A DNA stretch of 64,000 nucleotides, from IMG/VR virus record IMGVR_UViG_3300025684_000015, positions 33,887 through 97,886 of that record. One strand, 5' to 3'. The notes under the pieces were generated by a model. That model ran no database searches. It was not told the origin of the DNA and saw only the letters and a list, made by a program, of their open reading frames with translations. The translations under genes were made by a program, and so were the position numbers. The first letter of the stretch is position 1; every line of letters begins with the position of its first letter. Below are positions 1 through 8,764 of this stretch, piece after piece. The DNA comes from a virus.

Positions 1-1203
1 TCTAATAGCAACCACAGGATAGAATGTGTTGGCTGAGCTGAGTGTGTGCCCTGTGATTGGACTTGACTGACTCTTCTGCCTACCTATTAGTGTGGTTGTA
101 CCCTCTGAAGTAAATGAATGTGAACCTTGCCAAAAGTAATGTGGCCCAGAAGAAACCCCTGTGACATTGGCCAGTTCCACCCTTACTGGTAGTGCAGCAT
201 TTCCTGACCATGTATTTTCAATTCTATTAGCATGATTAAATTTGTGTATTGCATGAGCATTATTGTCAATAACAAATTTAAACTCTACCTGTCCTGCCCC
301 ATACCATTCATATTCAATAATGATTTGTTGTATGGCAGAGGGATTAAATACGATACCACTCGGACCTGTACCATCCAGTTTGTCATCGCTCCAATCATCA
401 CGAGCAACACGAGTTTCAACTATTCCTCCAGATGTATTTCTGCGAATCACACAGTAAAATGTAGACCCTTCTTCTTCAAAGTATGCGCCATTGCCCTCAT
501 CAAATAACCCAACGCGTCTACGAATACCAGGAAGAAGTGGATACCAACGAAATACCATAGACATTTCGCTTTGCCGTCCTGGTATATATCTCTGAACACG
601 CTTGGTTTGGCGTTTAATCTCATCACCTGCTGTACCGCCCACTTCGAGTAAAACCATAGCCTGATATTCGTCATGCGCGGCACTGGCTGTTCCTGAAATC
701 TGTTCGTCCCAGATGTCGTCATCTTTGCTTTGTGTATATGTAGCAAAGTCTGTTAATTCGAATGTAGACACCTTGCGACGGTTTTTAGAAGTGTGTTGTA
801 CAGTATCGTCATCAACCAACAACACTTGCTTACCCCAAGGATTTACGTCAGTTCCGATAACTTTAAGTGGATTGCCCACATCATTCTTAACTTCAACTTC
901 AGGTATACTAGTAACATTGACGTTAATATGAGAAGCACTATCAAGCATTAAGTTAAAAGTCTGACCGACGATATCAACGTGTAATGGATCACCTTCGTCA
1001 TTGCTGACTTCCACTTCACCAGGGATTGACACGGGCCCAGTAATTGTAATTGATTCACCGCCAATAGAAACAGGCAATGGATTATCTGAATCAACGATGA
1101 CTCCACTTCTATTTGCAGCAAGCATCATGACTTCAAAAAGGTCATCGTTTCTTGATGGGCCATTTCTTAGAAAATCATTACGGATTTTACTAAATTGTGC
1201 CAT
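1..1203 (-). CDS. Putative virion structural protein (3' end runs off the window; absent from the ORF track)
   Basis: Frame read from ATG at 1203 (MAQFSKIRNDFLRNG...) stays open towards the window edge; beta-rich with RQTKRVQRYIPG, DKLDGTGPSG and EYEWYGAG motifs that I recall from marine T4-like virion proteins. Confidence 0.6.
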   Translation of the reverse strand, partial: MAQFSKIRNDFLRNGPSRNDDLFEVMMLAANRSGVIVDSDNPLPVSIGGESITITGPVSIPGEVEVSNDEGDPLHVDIVGQTFNLMLDSASHINVNVTSIPEVEVKNDVGNPLKVIGTDVNPWGKQVLLVDDDTVQHTSKNRRKVSTFELTDFATYTQSKDDDIWDEQISGTASAAHDEYQAMVLLEVGGTAGDEIKRQTKRVQRYIPGRQSEMSMVFRWYPLLPGIRRRVGLFDEGNGAYFEEEGSTFYCVIRRNTSGGIVETRVARDDWSDDKLDGTGPSGIVFNPSAIQQIIIEYEWYGAGQVEFKFVIDNNAHAIHKFNHANRIENTWSGNAALPVRVELANVTGVSSGPHYFWQGSHSFTSEGTTTLIGRQKSQSSPITGHTLSSANTFYPVVAIR

Positions 1204-1282
1204 TATACTTCCTTTACCTTTGAACTTATAGTTATATTATACCAAATATTCTGCTAAAAGTACACAGTTTTTTTCAATTAAT

Positions 1283-2266
1283 TTAAATTTCTTTTGTTGT
1301 ACTAACAGTTTTTGCTTTTGGAAAAATACCAACTCTAGCTTTTGATAAAAACTTTCCAGCAATATTAGCACCACGATCTGTTGTATAACGAGCAAAAAAT
1401 ACTGGCTCATAACCAGCACCAACTAAGGGAGATCCATTTCTACCAGAGTGCGTAGATTTGATTTTATAAACTGAGCCGCTTTTGACTAATTTCATATCAC
1501 CTTGATGAAATTCATCGACGTTATTTCTACCACGAGATTTTCCAAAATCAATACCATACACTGACTTCATGATTAAGTCTTTATTTTTACAAATACGATA
1601 AACACTTTGCCCTGAGCTTAATCCCTCTGGAAACATATCTATTATATCAGTCATAAATTGTTTTACTTCTGAGTTATTACTCAAAGAGCGATCGCTTAAT
1701 CCGCCATATTGTTGAAAGTGTTGTGGTTTAGATCCGGCCTTGTGGGACAACCATGCTACTTCTTGTCCCATAGCATTTACAAAATGAAAGTCTGCTTTAG
1801 GAACACCTGGTGTAGACTCAATCCCACAAATCTCAATTGTTCTTCCACCAACATTTATTTTAATTTCTGCTTCATTTTCTTTTTCAATTGCTTTTTCTAT
1901 TTCAATTCTAAATTTAGTTAAAGCTGCATCTTCAGCTGCTGTACCTGAGCCAGCTCCTTTACCACCAAGAGATGCATCTTTAAGAAAGTCATTAGGAAAT
2001 ACAAGATTAGCATTTCTACCATTTAGCTTTCCTGGCAATGTAACCTTATATCCTTTTGGAGGATTAGCAATCTGAGATACTAATTCTTCTGCTGCTTTAG
2101 AATTTTTGTCAACATAGAACTCACCCTTTTTGACTAAGAATCCTTTAGTATTTTTGATTTTGTCAATAACAATCGGATCTCTACCACGGCGAGTAATGTC
2201 ACTTAATTTAAGCTCATTATAGCTTGCCATTGCGTCCTCCGTTATATACTGTCTAAACTTTAACAT
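1283..2266 (-). CDS. PD-(D/E)xK-like nuclease with T4 internal-head-protein-type N-terminus
   Basis: PKADF...WLSHK nuclease-like core; N-terminus MLKFRQYITE resembles the T4 capsid-targeting leader; late promoter upstream. Confidence 0.5.
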   Translation of the reverse strand: MLKFRQYITEDAMASYNELKLSDITRRGRDPIVIDKIKNTKGFLVKKGEFYVDKNSKAAEELVSQIANPPKGYKVTLPGKLNGRNANLVFPNDFLKDASLGGKGAGSGTAAEDAALTKFRIEIEKAIEKENEAEIKINVGGRTIEICGIESTPGVPKADFHFVNAMGQEVAWLSHKAGSKPQHFQQYGGLSDRSLSNNSEVKQFMTDIIDMFPEGLSSGQSVYRICKNKDLIMKSVYGIDFGKSRGRNNVDEFHQGDMKLVKSGSVYKIKSTHSGRNGSPLVGAGYEPVFFARYTTDRGANIAGKFLSKARVGIFPKAKTVSTTKEI

Positions 2267-2299
2267 TTAATTAAACCGTAATCTGTGAGTTTATAATAG

Positions 2300-2307
2300 T
2301 ATTTATA
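2300..2307 (-). promoter_or_regulatory. T4-type late promoter TATAAATA
   Basis: Exact TATAAATA on minus strand ~35 nt upstream of the 327-aa ORF. Confidence 0.75.
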
Positions 2308-2311
2308 ACAG

Positions 2312-2344
2312 AAAAAAACGCTACCCCTTTTGAAGTAGCGTTTT
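2312..2344. terminator. Rho-independent terminator (possibly bidirectional)
   Basis: AAAAAAACGCTAC...GTAGCGTTTT inverted repeat downstream of the DUF932 gene. Confidence 0.75.
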
Positions 2345-2367
2345 ATGTTTACAGAAAGAATACAGAA

Positions 2368-3324
2368 TTAAGCTACTTCTGCAAACTTAATAGCTGTTTC
2401 AAGAGCATTCTTTTTACGCACCTGATTTCCACCAAACCAAGATGAATACAAACGGTTATCTGCATTACGACCTTGTACATGATCGGTGATATATGTTAGT
2501 GAATTATAAGCCTGCCACCAAGAACCTTCAGCAAATTCTGCACCGGGCTGAGACTCAAGAGCTTCAAGACAAAGCTTTGCATTACGAGACAATGTATCAG
2601 CAGATAATTCTTTACCTTGAACTTTTTTGTCTGCAGTACGTGGATAGATTGTATTATAATATTCAATAAGTGAATCCATTGTAAAGCGCTTTTTACCAAG
2701 AAACTCAGCCATTTCTTTATAAGTTGCTAGCTTTTCAGATGCAATCCCAAGAGCTTCTTTTACTTCAGAAGGATTAAAGTCAACACGATGGCCAACTTTT
2801 ACTGCACGTTCAGCATTCATATTAAGTGAAAGTGAAAGTGTATTATTACATACAACACGAATCGGAGTAAATCGAATATCAATTGACTTACCATATTGGT
2901 GTGGGTTAGAGAACAAGAAGTATGAATCAACTTGATCACCACCAAAGAGATCAAATGACTCACTGACTTTTGCCAATGCCCATACCATTTGACCACCCTT
3001 TAGTGATCCAGCAGTATGCATTTCCATTTGACCAGAAAGAACATATTCTCCAAAGAACTCAAAAGCATCTTCATTTTGAAGTGGCTTCCAATTTTCACCA
3101 ACATTGGTTAGAATTTTTCCATCTGTCTCACGTACTAAAGACTTTTGACCAGTTGATTTACGTTCACCATTGAACTCGATGAAAGACTCAACCTCTTGAA
3201 CTTTCCAATCCAAACCAGCTTTTTCAAGCATTTGATTTGGAGTAAGATCATTTGAGACAGGAACTCCAAGACCATGCCATGGAAGTTCGCCTGCGTACGC
3301 CATTGTTTCAACTTGATGTGCCAT
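2368..3324 (-). CDS. DUF932/DUF945 family phage/plasmid protein
   Basis: PWHGLG, AGLDW, AGSLKGG..VW.LA, FTPIRVVCNNTL motifs. Confidence 0.85.
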   Translation of the reverse strand: MAHQVETMAYAGELPWHGLGVPVSNDLTPNQMLEKAGLDWKVQEVESFIEFNGERKSTGQKSLVRETDGKILTNVGENWKPLQNEDAFEFFGEYVLSGQMEMHTAGSLKGGQMVWALAKVSESFDLFGGDQVDSYFLFSNPHQYGKSIDIRFTPIRVVCNNTLSLSLNMNAERAVKVGHRVDFNPSEVKEALGIASEKLATYKEMAEFLGKKRFTMDSLIEYYNTIYPRTADKKVQGKELSADTLSRNAKLCLEALESQPGAEFAEGSWWQAYNSLTYITDHVQGRNADNRLYSSWFGGNQVRKKNALETAIKFAEVA

Positions 3325-3336
3325 AATATATGCTCC

Positions 3337-3618
3337 TTAAGCAGCAATTAAAAGTGATGGTGATACATTCCACATACCAGCAGAGCCGGCATTCACCACA
3401 ATATTTTTCTTGTTAATTCTTTGAATAGTGCCATTCATAGCACCACGTCTTCCAGTCCATTTCACATTTTGTCCTACACTGAAAGTATGCTTGATAGCAT
3501 TATTTTTCATGCGGCGAGTGGTGTTAAACATCTCAGCCATTTGATCAAATTGTGTGAGATCAGCCTTTGCCATAAGAACTTGAAGTTTAGCCATTTCATT
3601 TGTTGTCAACATAATCAT
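3337..3618 (-). CDS. Hypothetical early protein (SH3-like C-terminus)
   Basis: ORF directly behind early promoter repeat; FSVGQNVKW...G.I.RIN...WNVSPSLL pattern. Confidence 0.6.
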   Translation of the reverse strand: MIMLTTNEMAKLQVLMAKADLTQFDQMAEMFNTTRRMKNNAIKHTFSVGQNVKWTGRRGAMNGTIQRINKKNIVVNAGSAGMWNVSPSLLIAA

Positions 3619-3620
3619 TT

Positions 3621-3697
3621 CCTCTTTTCATTTTATAAGTATATTATACAACACTTTTTAGTACTTGTAAACAAAAAAATGCATTTAATTTGCATTT
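3621..3697 (-). promoter_or_regulatory. Early promoter/stem-loop repeat, copy 1 (shortened stem)
   Basis: TTTACA-17-TATAAT followed by ATACTTATAAAATGAAAAGAGG leader shared with other copies. Confidence 0.8.
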
Positions 3698-4485
3698 ATT
3701 TTTATAAAATCTACATCAAGGACAGAACGAGCATTATCTTCTCTTCCGCCGCGATAGATTCCAAATTTGATGTAAGGCTTCTTGCCTTTTCTCATTACAA
3801 TCTTATCAGACTTAGCACTCCAGACTTCATCTCCATTTGTCACCTTAGTGACCATATTAAAATGATCTTTCTTCATATCTAGATTAATTGTAACGTCTAC
3901 CCATTTACCAATATGATCATGGACTATAAAGTTTCCCATTGTCTTCTCAGACTCTAACTCAATATGGTTTAAATAATAATCTTTTCCAGATGCATGTTGA
4001 GTGCGAACACGTAAACGATTTCCTTTATCTACAGATAAAATATAAGCAGGTTTACATGAACCCTTTTTGTCGCTTTTGTAACAATTATTATATACTTGCA
4101 AAATAGTGTTTATTGAATCAGTCCACTGGTTAGTCCATTCAGCAAATCTAATTCTATATTTAATTTCATAGCTTTTATTTGGATAAAGGTATTCCATATT
4201 GCCTTTATAGCCAGCAGTAAGTTCTATCCTTTCATGCCATTGATATCCACTACGCTTATTGTTATCTGCTCGGCATCCACCACGCTCACCAGCATTTACT
4301 TCAAATCTAAGAAATTCAATATCTTTTTCTTTTAGCATTGAGTATTTAGATTTGCCTTGAGAAGGACAACTCTGATAAAAATTATGACTCCAATCTTTAT
4401 CTTTTATTGCAAATGCTTGTGAACTGAAAAATCCAGCTGCACAACTCAATACCACAGTGTGGAATACTATTTCTGAATATTTCAT
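3685..4485 (-). CDS. Secreted polysaccharide lyase-like protein (beta-jelly-roll)
   Basis: Signal peptide ending AFA; ERIEL, ILQV and YIKFGIYR motifs typical of polysaccharide lyases. Confidence 0.6.
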   Translation of the reverse strand: MKYSEIVFHTVVLSCAAGFFSSQAFAIKDKDWSHNFYQSCPSQGKSKYSMLKEKDIEFLRFEVNAGERGGCRADNNKRSGYQWHERIELTAGYKGNMEYLYPNKSYEIKYRIRFAEWTNQWTDSINTILQVYNNCYKSDKKGSCKPAYILSVDKGNRLRVRTQHASGKDYYLNHIELESEKTMGNFIVHDHIGKWVDVTINLDMKKDHFNMVTKVTNGDEVWSAKSDKIVMRKGKKPYIKFGIYRGGREDNARSVLDVDFIKINAN

Positions 4486-4562
4486 CTTTTATCCTCAGGC
4501 CAGTAAAGAGCGAGACACCAAAGTAATATTAAACAAACTATTAAACTTGCTACAAATTCCAT
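4482..4562 (-). CDS. 26-aa single-TM micropeptide (MEFVASLIVCLILLWCLALYWPEDKR)
   Basis: Start overlaps upstream stop (TAATG); stop overlaps lyase ATG (ATGA). Confidence 0.5.
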   Translation of the reverse strand: MEFVASLIVCLILLWCLALYWPEDKR

Positions 4563-4765
4563 TAGTGCCTCGCATGATCTTGATCGGTGAATTGAGAAAC
4601 ATGATCAGGATCTGATTTATGTGAGAAGACAACAGTATCATTGTCGACATCAACATCACCGTACATACGATGATCATGAACCAGATGGATAAAGTCAGGT
4701 CTACCAAAAACCCTGACAGCAGCCAGATAATCATTATCATTTCGAAAACCAACAAAGTGTAGCAT
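4562..4765 (-). CDS. Hypothetical protein
   Basis: 67-aa ORF fitting the coupled operon; HFVGFR...AVRVFG.PDFIH. Confidence 0.6.
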   Translation of the reverse strand: MLHFVGFRNDNDYLAAVRVFGRPDFIHLVHDHRMYGDVDVDNDTVVFSHKSDPDHVSQFTDQDHARH

Positions 4766-4772
4766 TATAAAC

Positions 4773-4844
4773 CTATATAAACATCAAGATTGGAAGTGAT
4801 GCCATTGCAAACATAAAGATAATTCCAAGGATAATTTGAGACAT
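4773..4844 (-). CDS. 23-aa single-TM micropeptide (MSQIILGIIFMFAMASLPILMFI)
   Basis: TAATG overlap with upstream ORF, GGAGG upstream, almost wholly hydrophobic. Confidence 0.45.
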   Translation of the reverse strand: MSQIILGIIFMFAMASLPILMFI

Positions 4845-5110
4845 TACACTGCCTCCTGGATCATTGGTGAACCATCAAAGTTAGTACTCATGACAACACC
4901 TTGACACTCGATCCAACGAGCGGCTTCTTCAATATTTTGATAAGCATCTGACTCATCGGCATCAAATGTACCATCTTCCTTTTTGATTTCCCAAGAACCA
5001 CGAAAATCGCCAAGCATATCTTGACAAATATAACATTCCTGCTCAGATACAACATTAGTTGCTTTATAGAAACCTTCAGAAACTTTAACGATTTTTAACA
5101 TGATCAACAT
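4844..5110 (-). CDS. Hypothetical early protein
   Basis: First ORF behind promoter repeat copy 2. Confidence 0.6.
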   Translation of the reverse strand: MLIMLKIVKVSEGFYKATNVVSEQECYICQDMLGDFRGSWEIKKEDGTFDADESDAYQNIEEAARWIECQGVVMSTNFDGSPMIQEAV

Positions 5111-5224
5111 CCTCTTTTCATTTTATAAGTATATTATATCATAAAAAAGAACCTTTGTAAACAAAAAAATGCACTTAATTTGAAAAAAAGTGCATTTAGT
5201 TTATGTGTTATAACAATAACTTAG
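5111..5224 (-). promoter_or_regulatory. Early promoter/stem-loop repeat, copy 2
   Basis: AAATGCACTT...AAGTGCATTT hairpin, TTTACA-17-TATAAT, conserved leader, near-IHF site at 5211-5223. Confidence 0.85.
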
Positions 5225-5515
5225 TTATTTTTTAGAAAAAGAATTTACTAAACGGGCTTGTTTTGTTCCTGGAATCTCTAAAACTGTTTCATTTGAGATT
5301 ATATCAATGATGATATTTGTTACATCAATCTCTTTGCGAATCCAACCCATTTTTTCTACAAGTTTTTCTAATTCTTTTTGATAGTATTCAAGTTCTTGTT
5401 CTTTTCTTATTTTAGACTCAATTACATCAGATAAAAGAATAATTGTTTCAGTTTTACTTTCTTTTTCTTCTTCTTCTCTTATTCTTCTTTTCATGTATTC
5501 TTCATGACGTTCCAT
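5225..5515 (-). CDS. Hypothetical coiled-coil protein
   Basis: 96 aa, E/K-rich, GGAG RBS. Confidence 0.6.
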   Translation of the reverse strand: MERHEEYMKRRIREEEEKESKTETIILLSDVIESKIRKEQELEYYQKELEKLVEKMGWIRKEIDVTNIIIDIISNETVLEIPGTKQARLVNSFSKK

Positions 5516-5544
5516 TTATTATCTCCACCTAGCTCCATCACTCA

Positions 5545-6045
5545 TTAGTTCTTTTCCCATCTATAAAATAGATGATCGTCAATAGTACCTATATAAGTTT
5601 TTTGTTTATTCCACGCTGGATCAACGTTTTTACTGTGATAGTGAGTTGCACCATCAGTTGGATCAATATTAGAATTACTAATTGATAATGCGCTATTGGC
5701 TATTTTTTTAGCATGTTCATACGCAGTTTTATCTCGAATTCTATCACTTAATCCATCGCAATACCAAGAAAAATGACACTTGTGTTTAATTGGTACGTGC
5801 TTATTATGAGTCTCTTTCCACCATTTAGAATGATATCCTTGGGTTACTACACCACAAATTGTATTAGGATATCTATCATCTTTGACTCTATTTAAAGTTA
5901 CCATAGCAACAGCGATCTGCCCACTAGAAGATTGATTGCGCGATTCAAAATATATATTTTTAGCAAGACATTCGAATTCTTTACTAGTGTTTACTTCTGT
6001 TGCTCCTAAAGAAAATAACAATGTTGCAATAATTTCGCTTAACAT
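5545..6045 (-). CDS. Cell wall hydrolase (SleB/Hydrolase_2 family)
   Basis: CLAKNIYFESR, VA.VTLNRV..RYPNTICGVV, FSWYCDG, GATHYH. Confidence 0.9.
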   Translation of the reverse strand: MLSEIIATLLFSLGATEVNTSKEFECLAKNIYFESRNQSSSGQIAVAMVTLNRVKDDRYPNTICGVVTQGYHSKWWKETHNKHVPIKHKCHFSWYCDGLSDRIRDKTAYEHAKKIANSALSISNSNIDPTDGATHYHSKNVDPAWNKQKTYIGTIDDHLFYRWEKN

Positions 6046-6281
6046 TCATTATTCTCATCAGCATAAACAATATTTTTGATTGGCCCTGTGCCTACTTCAA
6101 ATACATGACTAGTTTGTGCGGTATAGATGTTGCCATCCATAATCGATTTAATTCGAATGGTATCACCATCGTTAAGCACTTCACCAATAATTTCTTCATG
6201 TGGTTGTACAACACTAACTGTGACAGAGCTATTATAATAATCCCACATATAAACTTTCATTCCTTTAGTAATGCGTTTCAT
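6039..6281 (-). CDS. Hypothetical protein
   Basis: 80-aa ORF coupled to both neighbours. Confidence 0.55.
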   Translation of the reverse strand: MKRITKGMKVYMWDYYNSSVTVSVVQPHEEIIGEVLNDGDTIRIKSIMDGNIYTAQTSHVFEVGTGPIKNIVYADENNEC

Positions 6282-6796
6282 TATGCAGCCTCCTTTCGCT
6301 TTTGGCGTCGTTCAGCTAATAGCTTTTGGCGTCGTTCAGCTATAGCTGGATTTACTAATCCCTGACGAAGATATCTGTAAATTGTTTGAAAACAATCTCC
6401 ATGACCACGATCATTTTTTGACTTATCACGTAGATATTTAGGCATCTTAGATTTATGTGTATATTGTACATAATGAGATACTTCATGCGCAACCAAACAC
6501 ATTAGAATATCTGAATTATCAGACACTTTGATTTGCCCAATAGTAGGATCATCATTAAAACGGGCGTATTCGCTATATACTTTATTTCCGAATTGCCAAC
6601 ATTCAAGATTGATCTTAATCATGCGATATCCAGCCCAGCTGCGGCCGTTCTTACGACGATAAACATCTAAATGCTTAACTGCAGTATGGACATCTTTAGT
6701 TGTCAACCCAAGTTCATATTGTTTTTTCTTGAGATGGCGCATACAGATTTTAACCATTTCAGCAACGGGATTATAAAGTTCTTTATCAATAGCCAT
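6281..6796 (-). CDS. SprT-like zinc metalloprotease-fold protein
   Basis: HEVSH (HExxH) plus downstream HG..F. Confidence 0.6.
   Translation of the reverse strand: MAIDKELYNPVAEMVKICMRHLKKKQYELGLTTKDVHTAVKHLDVYRRKNGRSWAGYRMIKINLECWQFGNKVYSEYARFNDDPTIGQIKVSDNSDILMCLVAHEVSHYVQYTHKSKMPKYLRDKSKNDRGHGDCFQTIYRYLRQGLVNPAIAERRQKLLAERRQKRKEAA
6298..6342. repeat. 21-bp direct repeat x2 (encodes AERRQK twice)
   Basis: GCTTTTGGCGTCGTTCAGCTA at 6298 and 6322. Confidence 0.85.
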
Positions 6797-6802
6797 TTAC
6801 AT

Positions 6803-6920
6803 TCCTTTTTTCATTTTATAAGTATATTCTACCATACTTTTTAGCAAATGTAAACCCCTAAAATGCACTTTTTTAAAATAAAATGCATTTTTTTATCTGA
6901 AACATAATCAATAACTTAGG
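6803..6920 (-). promoter_or_regulatory. Early promoter/stem-loop repeat, copy 3, with IHF-consensus site
   Basis: TTTACA...TAGAAT, AAATGCA hairpin, AATCAATAACTTA at 6906-6918. Confidence 0.8.
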
Positions 6921-6932
6921 ATAAATACTTAA

Positions 6933-7508
6933 ATGAATGATTATGTTATCCCTCTAAGTAAGCTATCTTACGATAAAGAAGCATGCTTAGAATTTTTTAA
7001 AACTTTAGATTTTGGGAATCGGTGGGATGATAGGCCTACTGGCAGGTATATTCGTGCAGAAAATCCTGATGGCTATTTAGAAGTTCCATGCATTAAACAA
7101 ATCAATAATCAACTACCATATAGCGTCAATTTTCAATTTATTAAGATTGTTGGAGATTGGACAATGCCTATTCACATTGATACATATAGGACAGCTGTAT
7201 TAATGATACCACTATCACCAGATCCAGCACCAACTTATTGGTATGAAGAACCTGACTATATAAAAAAATTACGATTGTCTGGAGATAGAGATGCTTATAT
7301 TAAAGCTTCAAGAAAATTAAAAATAGATCCGATTTACACACATATTCATGATGGTATACCTACTATTATTAATTCAGAATTGCCGCATGGTACTGATACA
7401 CAGAATGGAATTGATCGGCTTACCATACAAATAGGAATGGCCAATACTGATACTGGACCATTCCTATCTTGGGATGAAATTTTTGAAAAAGTAAAAGACT
7501 TAGTCTAA
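6933..7508 (+). CDS. 2OG-Fe(II) oxygenase-like (DSBH) protein
   Basis: HID...PHG...RLTIQI facial-triad pattern. Confidence 0.6.
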   Translation: MNDYVIPLSKLSYDKEACLEFFKTLDFGNRWDDRPTGRYIRAENPDGYLEVPCIKQINNQLPYSVNFQFIKIVGDWTMPIHIDTYRTAVLMIPLSPDPAPTYWYEEPDYIKKLRLSGDRDAYIKASRKLKIDPIYTHIHDGIPTIINSELPHGTDTQNGIDRLTIQIGMANTDTGPFLSWDEIFEKVKDLV

Positions 7509-7802
7509 TTACTCTACTTCGCCTTTAAATACCCATGTGCGAACAATACCATTTTCATCATTATAGGCTGTTCTTGCATTAGCTGCGTCTTGATCACCAC
7601 TTTCAGACTCTGCTTTATATGCTAACCAAATTTCTTCGGTTTCTGCATAGTTTGTCAAAGTTAAAACCAAACCATCTTCAGACATAGCGCGCTCACGAAC
7701 AATCTTATATTCTGATTGTGTGTGTAGAATCATGTCATTTGTTGGTTGCCAAAATGGTACATCAACGCTAGGACGAGTAAATGTCATAACCGTTTTATAC
7801 AT
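7509..7802 (-). CDS. Hypothetical protein, last gene of transporter island
   Basis: 97 aa, TAATG-coupled to dctP. Confidence 0.65.
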   Translation of the reverse strand: MYKTVMTFTRPSVDVPFWQPTNDMILHTQSEYKIVRERAMSEDGLVLTLTNYAETEEIWLAYKAESESGDQDAANARTAYNDENGIVRTWVFKGEVE

Positions 7803-8758
7803 TATGCTGCTCCTTTAATATCTGCAACTAGGCCATTCTCAAAGAATGACTCATATTGCGGATAAACTGATTTAAGAGCTGTAGAAAATCTTGCTCTTTC
7901 TTTTTCTGACATAACAACAGTATCAATGCCAAAAGCTTTTGCTTCTGTTTGAACTCTAACATTATCTGCCAGTGAATCTTCTCTTTCGATTTTAGCTGCT
8001 TCTAATGAAGCTTCTTTCCATGCTTGTTGATCATTAGCAGACATAGAATCCCATAGTTGTTTATTCATTACAATTGAAGTAAGGAATAATGAGTGTGAAG
8101 TGTCATTAATATATTTAGCTACTTCATGCTGCTGTCTAGCAAAGAATCGAGCATATGTGGTAGTACCAGCATCAATACGACCATCTTTCATTGCTTGATT
8201 AATTTCATCAACTAACATTTGAACTGGTTTAGCTTGCACTGCTTCAAACATAGATTGAGATACTGGGCTTTTGGAGCAACCAATAGAAAGATCATAGAAA
8301 TCTTCAAGTCTTTCTAGAGTCTTTGTTGAAGGAATAATCCTATATCCACCTGAATATGTAAAAGCTAAACCTTTTAAATTAGATTTTTTCTCGAGCCATG
8401 AGAACAGATTTTGACCAATTTTTCCATCGAGTACTTTTTCGGCATGGCCATGATCTTCGAATAAGAATGGAAGCCCTAGGGAAAACATGTTCTTTTCAAA
8501 CTTCCCTAGAGTTTCTACATATGTTGTAGCAATATCAATATTGCCAGAGTTAACTAAACTAACAACTTTTTCTCTATCACTAGAGTGAATAGATAAGTTA
8601 CTACCAGTTTCTTTATTCCATTCGGATAGACTTAAAACCCGTAGATCATATCTACCATCAGTGCTATCTTTGATTTTTGCACTAAATACTTTTGCTGCGC
8701 GCAAAAATACATTGAATGGTTCGTGTGCAATAACCCACGTAAGTTGTTTAGTTTCCAT
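7802..8758 (-). CDS. dctP: TRAP solute-binding protein DctP-like, no signal peptide
   Basis: LPFLFEDH.HA.KVLDG, GLAFTYSGGYR motifs; paralog of 14808-15749. Confidence 0.8.
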   Translation of the reverse strand: METKQLTWVIAHEPFNVFLRAAKVFSAKIKDSTDGRYDLRVLSLSEWNKETGSNLSIHSSDREKVVSLVNSGNIDIATTYVETLGKFEKNMFSLGLPFLFEDHGHAEKVLDGKIGQNLFSWLEKKSNLKGLAFTYSGGYRIIPSTKTLERLEDFYDLSIGCSKSPVSQSMFEAVQAKPVQMLVDEINQAMKDGRIDAGTTTYARFFARQQHEVAKYINDTSHSLFLTSIVMNKQLWDSMSANDQQAWKEASLEAAKIEREDSLADNVRVQTEAKAFGIDTVVMSEKERARFSTALKSVYPQYESFFENGLVADIKGAA

Positions 8759-8764
8759 TTTAGT

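Noticed and set aside
232-1422. Short ORFs listed on both strands (and similar antisense or out-of-frame ORFs throughout the window)
   Set aside because: They are shadows of longer, motif-bearing genes and have no recognisable features
6298-6342. Tandem 21-bp repeat as a regulatory element
   Set aside because: It is an in-frame micro-duplication in a protein tail with only two copies
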